Shown here piece after piece: positions 24,961 to 32,000 of a stretch of 32,000 nucleotides of DNA. Position 1 is the first letter of the stretch. The number at the start of each line of letters is the position of its first letter. The position numbers and the translations under genes were made by a program. A model generated the notes under the pieces. That model did not search any database. It saw only the letters and a program-made list of their open reading frames with translations, and was not told the DNA's origin. This stretch comes from Copranaerobaculum intestinale (GTDB taxonomy: Bacteria; Bacillota_I; Bacilli_A; Erysipelotrichales; Erysipelotrichaceae): the NCBI RefSeq assembly GCF_009831105.1, contig NZ_WUUQ01000002.1, positions 240,001-272,000 of the forward strand. Direction: 5' to 3'.

Positions 24961-24991
24961 AGCTTAAAGCCTCCTGTAAGAGGAGAGTCAA
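24961..24991 (-). promoter_or_regulatory. MerR-type promoter: TTGACT, 19-bp spacer with dyad CTCCT-N5-AGGAG, TAAGCT
   Basis: The minus strand reads TTGACTCTCCTCTTACAGGAGGCTTTAAGCT. The over-long 19-bp spacer carrying an inverted repeat is the hallmark of MerR-family operators. It points toward the MerR gene. Confidence 0.6.
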
Positions 24992-25296
24992 CCAGAAAGT
25001 AAGAAAAATATGAATTCATTTGATGTATAGATTTAGAATTTACCGATAAAAAGCTTTCTGTTCAATCGAAAGCAATTCTTTCCGTGCGCAGTAAAATTGA
25101 CGCATATCATTCATTTTATGAAATAAAAAAACATTTACTTTCGTGCTTCCATAAGCTTTCAAATAAATGTAATCAATAACTATTTTTTTCTTTCATTCCG
25201 TACACCTACAGTATAGCAGAAAGGGAATCAAAATGTAAGCCTGTTAATCGCTTAATTTTCGCATATAATAAAAGTAAATAGAAGGAGGAATTCATT

Positions 25297-25833
25297 ATGA
25301 AAGTCCAAATTTACGGAAAAAACATTTCGGTTACGCCGGCGATTGCCGAGAAGATTGAGCGCAAGCTGTCCTCTCTGGAAAAGTATTTTATTATTGATGA
25401 GTCTGTGATTGCCAATGTAGTCGTACGTGTTTATCCGACAAAGCAGAAAATAGAGGTTACGATTCCAACTAAGTTTGCGGTGCTTCGTGCAGAGGTGGTG
25501 CATGATGATCTGTATGCGGCAATTGACTTGGTTGTAGATAAGCTGGAAGACCAGATTCGTCGTCAGAAGACGCGTCTGTCCCGCAAGAATAAAGAAAAGC
25601 TCGCGATGGCATTTGCGGAATATGAAGAGCTGGATGATGCCTATGAGGAAGACAAGGATGAAGTTGTCAGAACGAAGAGCATCGTGCCTGAAACAATGGA
25701 TTTGGATGAAGCTATCATGCGTATGGAGATGCTGAACCACTCATTCTTTATTTATCGTGATGAAGAGGATGAGGAAATCGCAGTTGTCTATAAGCGTAAT
25801 GACGGCGGTTATGGTTTGATCGAAACAGAATAA
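25297..25833 (+). CDS. hpf: Ribosome hibernation promoting factor, long form
   Basis: Starts MKVQIYGKNISVTPAIAEKIERKL. It has an acidic linker and the C-terminal dimerisation domain (VRTKS..PETMDLDEAIMRMEMLNHSFFIYRD...VVYKRNDGGYGLIE). A strong RBS precedes it. Confidence 0.93.
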   Translation: MKVQIYGKNISVTPAIAEKIERKLSSLEKYFIIDESVIANVVVRVYPTKQKIEVTIPTKFAVLRAEVVHDDLYAAIDLVVDKLEDQIRRQKTRLSRKNKEKLAMAFAEYEELDDAYEEDKDEVVRTKSIVPETMDLDEAIMRMEMLNHSFFIYRDEEDEEIAVVYKRNDGGYGLIETE

Positions 25834-25839
25834 AGAAGT

Positions 25840-25871
25840 AAACGGTTCCTAAAGGATGGAACCGTTTTTTT
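25840..25871 (+). terminator. Rho-independent terminator after hpf
   Basis: AAACGGTTCC-8 nt-GGAACCGTTT hairpin followed by a T-run. Confidence 0.85.
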
Positions 25872-26006
25872 ACGCTTGATGTATCCTAGCATGATTTTGC
25901 AGGATTCTTGAAGCATTTTGATGAAAGAAAAGGTATGTATTTTTAGAGGATATTTGCGGATCACGTACAATCAGAGTACAATGTCATTATACAGGAGGGA
26001 TACCGG

Positions 26007-26573
26007 ATGAGTGAAAAGAAACGCTGCTGCTGGGCTGAGAATGTGGATGATATTTATGTCCGTTATCATGATGAAGAATGGGGTAGACCGGTCTATGATG
26101 ACCATAAATTATTTGAAATGCTGGTTCTTGAATCATTTCAGGCGGGACTGTCCTGGATTACGATTTTAAAAAAACGGGAAAATTTCCGCCGTGCCTTTGA
26201 TAATTTTGATGTGGATATGATCATGCACTATGATGAAGCAAAGGTCGCTTCTCTAATGCAGGATAAAGGTATCATCCGCAATCAACTTAAAATCCGGGCA
26301 GCGATTTCAAACGCGAAGATTTTTCGTTCCCTTCAGGAAGAATACGGCTCCTTTCATGAATATTTGTGGCAGTATACAAATCATCAGATCATCATCCGAC
26401 AGGGTGAGGACATGCCGATTCATACCGCGCTAAGCGATCAAATTGCGGCAGATTTGAAAGCGCGGGGTATGAAATTCTTCGGAACGGTTATTGTTTATTC
26501 CTACCTGCAGGCGGTTGGAGTCGTAAACGATCACGAACCAAAATGCTTTTTGAGTCCACAAAGGGAAGTATAA
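26007..26573 (+). CDS. tag: DNA-3-methyladenine glycosylase I
   Basis: Contains YHDEEWGRPVYDD.KLFEMLVLESFQAGLSWITILKKRENFR.AFDNFD, and the zinc-site Cys/His residues are present. Confidence 0.92.
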   Translation: MSEKKRCCWAENVDDIYVRYHDEEWGRPVYDDHKLFEMLVLESFQAGLSWITILKKRENFRRAFDNFDVDMIMHYDEAKVASLMQDKGIIRNQLKIRAAISNAKIFRSLQEEYGSFHEYLWQYTNHQIIIRQGEDMPIHTALSDQIAADLKARGMKFFGTVIVYSYLQAVGVVNDHEPKCFLSPQREV

Positions 26574-26613
26574 GGTCGCTTATAATAAGAAAAGAAAGGA
26601 AAGGGATGTGAGG

Positions 26614-26733
26614 ATGGGTATCGGTATCGCATGGGATAGTGAATTTGGTTGGATCGCAGGTATGCTTGCAATCATTTTGCTGTGTGTTGTCATTGGCTTG
26701 ATCTATTATCTGGTTCGCCATAACCATTCCTAA
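26614..26733 (+). CDS. Possible 39-aa single-pass membrane protein (MGIGIAWDSEFGWIAGMLAIILLCVVIGLIYYLVRHNHS)
   Basis: Hand-translated. A purine-rich RBS region (GAAAGGAAAGGGA) lies upstream, the peptide has one clear TM helix, and a strong terminator follows immediately. Confidence 0.45.
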   Translation: MGIGIAWDSEFGWIAGMLAIILLCVVIGLIYYLVRHNHS

Positions 26734-26748
26734 TTCAGCAGTTTTTTG

Positions 26749-26775
26749 AAAAATGTCCAAAGCTGGACATTTTTT
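26749..26775 (+). terminator. Rho-independent terminator
   Basis: AAAATGTCCA-aagc-TGGACATTTT hairpin followed by a T-run. Confidence 0.85.
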
Positions 26776-26872
26776 GTTTGTTAATCAACTTGATATATTC
26801 AATTCGCACTTGTTCTTTAATCATGAAAGATACGAAATAGCAAGGATAAAATTAATTTTTTATTGAGCCAAA

Positions 26873-26906
26873 CTGACAAATTATGAGCAGCTTATTCGCC
26901 TATACT
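26873..26906 (+). promoter_or_regulatory. Candidate spoIIG-type promoter with 22-bp spacer
   Basis: CTGACA (26873-26878), a 22-nt spacer, then TATACT (26901-26906). Spo0A-box-like TTCGNNN elements lie at 26803-26809 and 26895-26901. The predicted leader is very short. Confidence 0.35.
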
Positions 26907-26927
26907 TGTCCTCACAGGAGGCGGGGC

Positions 26928-27665
26928 ATGAGCAGTTATATCGAGGTTACGTTCATCAATAATGTTTTCATTATGATGCTTTCACTGGTTCTGGCACATT
27001 ACCTGCTGCTTGACCGCATGAGCCGCAGAACGATGTTACACTATACATTCGCTATTTCCTTGTTGGCAGTGCTGTGCTGGAGCTCCTTTTCCCCCTTGCT
27101 GATGCTGGGAGCGGAAATCCTGTCCTGTATTTTCTGGTTCAAGCTGCATATAAAAGTGTTTGCCTTAGCTTATAGTCTGCGGCTGCTTTTTTCCTTGACC
27201 TGCTATGTTCTGTATGGCGGAAGCTTTCATCTGCTGATCTATTTTGTTCCAATCGGTACCTACGCAATCTTGTACTTTTGGGTGATTGCCGGCATTGCCC
27301 TGATCGCATGCTTGCGAAAATGGAAATATTATATTACCCAGGCCCAGTATATCTACGAAACTGAGCTTTATACAAAGCAGAAAAAATTTCATATTTATGG
27401 CTACCTGGACAGTGGAAATGTGCTCACATATCATGAAATTCCTATTATATTCGCGGTTTCCAGATTTTATGAATATTTCAAAAATGAGAACATAGAATTA
27501 GTAGTAATGAATACTATGAATCAAACCAGCTCGATACGGGTCTATCCGTGTGAGCTGCAGGTAAGAGGCTGTGAGAAACAGCCTGCATATATTTGCTTTG
27601 ATCGTCAGGGCATCATTCCGATGCACTGCGAATGTCTGTTGAATCTCCATGTATTGACGAGGTGA
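26928..27665 (+). CDS. spoIIGA: Sigma-E processing peptidase SpoIIGA
   Basis: Five-TM N-terminal half followed by the aspartic protease motif GYLDSGNVL, positioned directly upstream of sigE. An AGGAGG RBS sits 6 nt upstream of the ATG at 26928. The track start is 26883. Confidence 0.85.
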   Translation: MSSYIEVTFINNVFIMMLSLVLAHYLLLDRMSRRTMLHYTFAISLLAVLCWSSFSPLLMLGAEILSCIFWFKLHIKVFALAYSLRLLFSLTCYVLYGGSFHLLIYFVPIGTYAILYFWVIAGIALIACLRKWKYYITQAQYIYETELYTKQKKFHIYGYLDSGNVLTYHEIPIIFAVSRFYEYFKNENIELVVMNTMNQTSSIRVYPCELQVRGCEKQPAYICFDRQGIIPMHCECLLNLHVLTR

Positions 27666-27670
27666 AGAAG

Positions 27671-28372
27671 ATGAACATATGGAAAAGACTTTGGGCATTT
27701 TTATTTCGGTATCGTGATCATCAGGAAGTACTTTATATTCAGGGAAATGATGTGCTGCCTCAGCCGCTGTCGAAGGATGAGGAGCTGGCAGCGCTGATTG
27801 CACTGGAGGATGGAGATGAGGAAGCACGCAACACCTTGATTGAACATAATCTGCGGTTAGTTGTATATATTGCCAAGCGTTATGAAACCAATCCGATCTT
27901 TATGGAGGATTTGATCAGTATCGGCAGTATCGGTTTGATCAAGGCGGTAAATACGTTTAAACGGGATAAGAATATCAAGCTGGTGACCTATGCTTCCCGC
28001 TGTATCGAAAATGAGATTCTCATGTATCTAAGAAAAAAGAGCCGTCGCAAGGTAGAAGTATCCTTTGACGAACCGCTGAATGTTGATTATGACGGCAATG
28101 AACTACTGCTGAGCGATATTTTGGGAACCGATGATGACGTAGTCACAAAGGAATTTGAACGTAATGAGAACAAGCGAGAGCTGTTAGATGCCATGAAGTG
28201 TCTCAAGGAACGAGAACGTCAGATCCTGCAGATGCGCTATGGCATCGAGCATGAGGAATTGACCCAGAAAGATATTGCATCGCGCTTAGGCATCTCCCAG
28301 TCATATATCTCCCGACTGGAAAAGCGTATTATCCATAAATTAAAAAACCAGATGAAACAAAACAACGGGTAG
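27671..28372 (+). CDS. sigE: RNA polymerase sporulation sigma factor E (pro-sigma-E)
   Basis: Near-identical blocks to B. subtilis SigE: [78 protein letters not shown] and [25 protein letters not shown] precedes the ATG at 27671. Confidence 0.95.
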   Translation: MNIWKRLWAFLFRYRDHQEVLYIQGNDVLPQPLSKDEELAALIALEDGDEEARNTLIEHNLRLVVYIAKRYETNPIFMEDLISIGSIGLIKAVNTFKRDKNIKLVTYASRCIENEILMYLRKKSRRKVEVSFDEPLNVDYDGNELLLSDILGTDDDVVTKEFERNENKRELLDAMKCLKERERQILQMRYGIEHEELTQKDIASRLGISQSYISRLEKRIIHKLKNQMKQNNG

Positions 28373-28401
28373 CCTGACAGGAATTACCAGTTGTTTTTTT
28401 T
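28361..28401 (+). terminator. Imperfect terminator between sigE and sigG
   Basis: AACAAC-GGTA...TACC-GTTGTT bulged stem followed by a T8 run. Confidence 0.5.
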
Positions 28402-28451
28402 ATAAACAAACGGCTCACGGGAAGACTGCTAGTATCGCTAGGAGGAATATC

Positions 28452-29228
28452 ATGAGTCGTTACAAAGTGGAAATCAGCGGGGTCAATACCGCTGCTTTGA
28501 AGGTACTTACGAATAAGGAGATGAAAGAGCTGTTTGTGAGACTTCAAAACGGGGAAAAAGAGGCGAAAGATATTCTGATTGAGGGTAATTTGAAACTGGT
28601 ATTATCAATCGTACAGCGTTTTTCATCCCGCTGTGAAAATATGGATGATCTGTTTCAAGTCGGCTGCATCGGACTGGTAAAGTCCATTGACAATTTTGAT
28701 TTGAAACATGAAGTGCGGTTTTCCACCTATGCCGTTCCGATGATCATGGGGGAGATCAAGCGATATTTAAGAGACAATCAGGTGATTCGCGTAAGCCGGC
28801 ATTTAAAAGATCTGGCATATAAGGCATTTAAGCTGAAAGAGGAGTATATCCATGAGCATCAGCATGAGCCTTCTACGGCTTATTTAGCTGCCCAGCTGGA
28901 GGTAAAGGAAAAGGATATTGTAGATGCTTTGGATTCCGTACAGAGTGTAATCTCAATCTTTGAACCGGTCTATAACAGTGATGGCGATGAATTGTATCTC
29001 ATGGATCAGATTCGTGATGACAAGGATGAAATTGCACTGCTGGAAAATGTACTGGCTTTAAAAAACAGTATGAAGGCACTGAATCCCAAAGAAATGGATA
29101 TCATCAAAAAGCGCTACTATGATGATATGACCCAGACCGAGATTGCCAGTGAACTGGGAATTTCGCAGGCGCAGGTGAGCCGGCTGGAGAAAAGCGCGAT
29201 CGCCGTTTTAAAGAAAAACTTTAATTAA
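28452..29228 (+). CDS. sigG: RNA polymerase sporulation sigma factor G
   Basis: Contains MSRYKVEISGVNT, DDLFQVGCIGLVKSIDNFD, FSTYAVPMIMGEIKRYLRDN..IRVSR and ISQAQVSRLEK, which closely parallel B. subtilis SigG. Confidence 0.95.
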   Translation: MSRYKVEISGVNTAALKVLTNKEMKELFVRLQNGEKEAKDILIEGNLKLVLSIVQRFSSRCENMDDLFQVGCIGLVKSIDNFDLKHEVRFSTYAVPMIMGEIKRYLRDNQVIRVSRHLKDLAYKAFKLKEEYIHEHQHEPSTAYLAAQLEVKEKDIVDALDSVQSVISIFEPVYNSDGDELYLMDQIRDDKDEIALLENVLALKNSMKALNPKEMDIIKKRYYDDMTQTEIASELGISQAQVSRLEKSAIAVLKKNFN

Positions 29229-29274
29229 TGGTCGAAATGTTCACCTGGGCGCATATACTGAAACAGGTGATAGA

Positions 29275-29514
29275 ATGAAAATGAGTGAACTTTCCTGTAA
29301 GCAGGTAGTGAATATGCAGGATGGAGCAATCCTTGGCCATATCGTAGACAGCGAGCTGGACGGTAATTTCCAGATTCAGCTGTTCACGGTCGCGAAACCG
29401 CCGCGGATCGTAAATAAGATGCTTCCTTGGTTCTTTCCCTGTGAAGAACTGTCCTTCAGTGTATGTGATATCATCAATATCGGAACTGATGTGATTCTGG
29501 TGAAACTCAAATAA
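29275..29514 (+). CDS. ylmC: YlmC/YmxH family sporulation protein (PRC-barrel)
   Basis: 79 aa. Contains SEL..K.VVNMQDGAILGHI.D.ELD and ends DVILV. It sits in the conserved position after sigG. Confidence 0.85.
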   Translation: MKMSELSCKQVVNMQDGAILGHIVDSELDGNFQIQLFTVAKPPRIVNKMLPWFFPCEELSFSVCDIINIGTDVILVKLK

Positions 29515-29521
29515 AAACGTG

Positions 29522-29556
29522 AAATAAGAAATTTTGTCGGAATTTCTTATTTTTTG
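29522..29556 (+). terminator. Rho-independent terminator after ylmC
   Basis: AATAAGAAATT-ttgtcgg-AATTTCTTATT hairpin followed by a T-run. Confidence 0.8.
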
Positions 29557-29660
29557 TTGGTGATCTTTTATAAAAATTAGCAGATAAGGTTTAACCCCTT
29601 AATCTATTTATGTTATAATAGGCCTTAGATAAGAAGATTTGTATAGTAGGAGGGTTCTCT

Positions 29661-30062
29661 ATGGGTTTCAGCCAGAAGATAAAGGAATTTATCGCACCGA
29701 TTGATGATGATGAAGTTTTGGAGCTAGAGGAAGAGGAAGCAGTAAGCATTTCCGAATACGAAGCACCGAAATCAAAAGTGGTAAATAAAATGTCAGCCGA
29801 TACCAAAATGGTATTGTTTGAACCGCGTTCATTCGATGAAGCGGAAGAAGTGGCTCGCCGTTTAAAGGAAAATCGTGCGGCAGTTGTCAATTTACATAAG
29901 CTGCAGCGAGAATATGCCCAGCGGACAATTGATTTTTTAACCGGGGTGGTATTTGCATTAGACGGTACGATCCAGAAGATCGGACACAATGTCATTCTGT
30001 GTACGCCTAAGACGATCAATGTCAACGGTGAAATCAACTTAGATGCCAGTGAAGAGGATTAA
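29661..30062 (+). CDS. sepF: Cell division protein SepF
   Basis: Contains the conserved core VLFEPRSFDEAEEVARRLKENRAAVVNL and FL.G...AL.G.IQKIG...ILC.P. A GTAGGAGGG RBS precedes the start. Confidence 0.92.
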   Translation: MGFSQKIKEFIAPIDDDEVLELEEEEAVSISEYEAPKSKVVNKMSADTKMVLFEPRSFDEAEEVARRLKENRAAVVNLHKLQREYAQRTIDFLTGVVFALDGTIQKIGHNVILCTPKTINVNGEINLDASEED

Positions 30063-30822
30063 TCATCAGCGTACAGTTGATTTTTATCGGGGTAACGAGG
30101 AATTTGTAAAACGGCTGCTTGATCTGGAAGATCAGGTAGATCGTCAGCAAATACCGTTTGTTACTCCTTTTTTGACTGTCGATCAACAGGAAATTGTGCA
30201 GCAGGTCATAAGTGGGCGGTGCTTGCTTGATCGTTGGGGCGGTTATGCGGCTGCGGAGAATTGCCGGATACTGCTGGCACCGCTTTGGTGGGAGCATGAA
30301 AGGGATTTTGAAATCACACTGCTGAAAGGACAGTATGCGGATAAATATCATCAGCTGTCGCATCGTGATGTGTTGGGAGCGTTGATGAAGCTGGGAATTG
30401 AGCGAAATGTGTTTGGCGATATACTGGTTGAGGACGGCGTGATCTATCTGTTTTGTACGGCGGCGATAGCGTGCTATCTGATACAGAATTTGACACAGAT
30501 CGGCCGGGCTAAAATTACCTTTACTCGCTGTGAAGATAACATTGAACGGGATGTGAAAATCGAGTGGCGAACCGAAGTGATCTCATCAATGCGCTTTGAT
30601 ACGATTGTGGCCGCGATCACACATTTGTCGCGGCGCAAGGCTCAGGAGTTGATCAGCAAAGGACTGGTGAAACTTAATCATGTAACGCTTGAAGAAACAG
30701 CAAGTTTATGTAATAATGATTGTACTGTTTCAGTGCGCGGCTATGGTCGATTTATCGTACATGATACGATGCGCCGAACACAGAAAAGCAATGCGGTAGT
30801 GGAAATTGGCAGGTATTGTTAA
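30043..30822 (+). CDS. ylmH: YlmH family RNA-binding protein (S4 domain)
   Basis: Contains HRDVLGALM.LGI.R...GDI and the C-terminal S4-like RFD.IVA....SR.KA.ELI..G.VK.N. It is syntenic between sepF and divIVA. The start overlaps the sepF end by 20 nt and the exact start is uncertain. Confidence 0.85.
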   Translation: MPVKRINHQRTVDFYRGNEEFVKRLLDLEDQVDRQQIPFVTPFLTVDQQEIVQQVISGRCLLDRWGGYAAAENCRILLAPLWWEHERDFEITLLKGQYADKYHQLSHRDVLGALMKLGIERNVFGDILVEDGVIYLFCTAAIACYLIQNLTQIGRAKITFTRCEDNIERDVKIEWRTEVISSMRFDTIVAAITHLSRRKAQELISKGLVKLNHVTLEETASLCNNDCTVSVRGYGRFIVHDTMRRTQKSNAVVEIGRYC

Positions 30823-30828
30823 GGGAAG

Positions 30829-31311
30829 GTGAGGCTGGTGGACGAGAAGCGTTTTGATACAATGAAAAACGGTTATAATCGTTTTCAGGTAGATGACTGT
30901 CTGATGAAGCTGCATGATGAAATAGCAATGCTTACCCATAAGGTTGAACTATACCGCATGCGCAGTGAGGATGTTGAGGAACAGCTGAAGGACATCAAGC
31001 AAAAGTATGAGTTTGTCGTAACCGGATTGGCCGCAAAGGAAAAAGCCGCAGAGGATATGTCACGGCTGGCCATGCGGGAAGCCAATACGATCGTGAATAC
31101 CGCCCAACAGAATGCGGATGTGATCGTAAAGGAAGCGCTGATGACAGCCCGCAGCATTCTGCTTGATATTGCCGGTTTAGGCAAAGAAGCAGCGCAGCTG
31201 AAGGGCTCGATGAAGGAACAGCTGGATGTTTTGGAGAAGGCCTTGAATGCCTTTGAGGTTCCCCCGATCCCGGATATGGAGTTATTGAATAGTACAGAAG
31301 AAAAGCGATGA
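30829..31311 (+). CDS. divIVA: DivIVA domain-containing protein
   Basis: The N-terminus F....NGYN...VD..L is the DivIVA lipid-binding motif, followed by a coiled-coil. The start is GTG at either 30829 or 30838. Confidence 0.85.
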   Translation: MRLVDEKRFDTMKNGYNRFQVDDCLMKLHDEIAMLTHKVELYRMRSEDVEEQLKDIKQKYEFVVTGLAAKEKAAEDMSRLAMREANTIVNTAQQNADVIVKEALMTARSILLDIAGLGKEAAQLKGSMKEQLDVLEKALNAFEVPPIPDMELLNSTEEKR

Positions 31312-31317
31312 ACAGGA

Positions 31318-31526
31318 CTCGTTTTGATCAGAAATCTTATAGAGAGCCGCTGGCTGGTGGAAAGCGGCAGAGGAATGATGAAAATATCACCTGGGAGCTG
31401 ATTTCCCTAAGTATCGTAAGGAAATCCGTCACCTTCCGCGTTAGGAAGCAGAGGGCATATGAAATTCATATGAACTAAGGTGGTACCGCGTAATTTTACG
31501 TCCTTAGCGATAAGGGCGTTTTTTTA
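31318..31526 (+). promoter_or_regulatory. T-box leader, isoleucine-specific (ATC specifier), with terminator
   Basis: The T-box sequence AACTAAGGTGGTACCGCG lies at 31473-31490. Stem I elements are present (AGAGA, GGTGGAAAG). The specifier ATC-A lies at 31386-31389. The terminator ACGTCCTTA-gcga-TAAGGGCGT plus a T7 run lies at 31498-31526. Confidence 0.9.
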
Positions 31527-31544
31527 TTTAAAGGAGGAAATAGT

Positions 31545-32000
31545 ATGGAATATAAAGACACACTGAGGATGCCGAAGACCGCATTTGAAATGAGAGGTAA
31601 GCTCCCGACGAAAGAACCGTTGTTTCAAAAACGCTGGAAAGAGGCGGATATGTATCATAAAATGCTGGAAAAGCGTGATGGTGCACCGACCTTCAATTTG
31701 CATGATGGCCCGCCGTACGCCAATGGGGACATCCATATCGGACACGCTTTAAACAAGATATTGAAGGATGTCATTGTACGCTCTCATTATATGATGGGCT
31801 ACCGTACACCATATATTCCGGGCTGGGATACGCATGGTCTTCCGATCGAGCATGCGATCACCAAGTTGGGGCATGACCGCAAGCAGATGAGTGTTGCCGA
31901 GTTTCGCAAGCTCTGTTACAATTATGCGCTGGAACAGGTGGAGAAGCAGAAACAAGGCTTCTTGAAATTAGGAGTAGTGGGTGATTACGATCATCCTTAT
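31545..32000 (+). CDS. ileS: Isoleucine--tRNA ligase (3' end beyond the window)
   Basis: This ORF is not in the track because it runs off the window. The hand translation is [21 protein letters not shown]...[26 protein letters not shown]...[11 protein letters not shown], which includes the HIGH motif. An AAAGGAGGAAA RBS precedes the start. Confidence 0.95.
   Translation, partial: MEYKDTLRMPKTAFEMRGKLPTKEPLFQKRWKEADMYHKMLEKRDGAPTFNLHDGPPYANGDIHIGHALNKILKDVIVRSHYMMGYRTPYIPGWDTHGLPIEHAITKLGHDRKQMSVAEFRKLCYNYALEQVEKQKQGFLKLGVVGDYDHPY

Noticed and set aside
25054-25080. A GCTTTC...GAAAGC hairpin with an adjacent A/T run in the long MerR-hpf spacer, possibly a minus-strand terminator or small RNA end.
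   Set aside because: It has only a 6-bp stem and a 9-nt loop, and no upstream minus-strand gene or promoter that it could terminate. The evidence is insufficient.
1-32000. Search for rRNA, tRNA, CRISPR arrays and IS or transposase genes.
   Set aside because: All intergenic spacers longer than 150 nt were read by eye. None shows tRNA-like T-arm motifs, regularly spaced direct repeats, terminal inverted repeats or transposase-like ORFs. This was a visual scan only, not a tRNAscan or CRISPR-finder run.

Overview
This 32 kb window comes from a low-GC, endospore-forming Firmicute. Sampled housekeeping lines are roughly 40-45% GC by eye. All family calls rest on motif recognition in the supplied translations; no searches were run.

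Layout:
- Left half (1-13.8 kb) is mostly ordinary chromosome: a 5'-truncated MATE exporter, murB, and a translationally coupled operon (M29 aminopeptidase, hypothetical, ArsR/DUF2087 regulator, P-loop kinase-like protein). These are followed by a PTS-EIIC::EAL fusion protein, a short stand-alone KamA-family radical-SAM enzyme, feoB without feoA, a fused MacB-type ABC ATPase/permease, and an HD hydrolase.
- Centre (14.0-19.6 kb) looks accessory. It holds a DUF2779-type protein, a roughly 300 nt unassigned leader, a 94-aa helical protein, and two tandem paralogous ~435-aa HTH+TPR regulators. Each regulator is followed by an ORF the six-frame track missed: a 49-aa and a 41-aa secreted pro-peptide. 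This is the RRNPP (NprR/PlcR/AimR-like) receptor plus pro-peptide gene arrangement. I consider this duplicated, apparently uncharacterised peptide-signalling locus the most interesting content of the window.
- Right half (19.7-32 kb): a signal-peptide-less protein with a SpoIID-like region and four PG_binding_1 repeats, a zinc-PLC-like protein plus M19 dipeptidase, and a MerR/GyrI-like regulator with a textbook 19-bp-spacer MerR promoter. Then come hpf and tag, followed by the conserved sporulation/division block spoIIGA-sigE-sigG-ylmC-sepF-ylmH-divIVA. An Ile T-box leader and the 5' end of ileS close the window.

I saw no rRNA, tRNA, CRISPR array, transposase or integrase.
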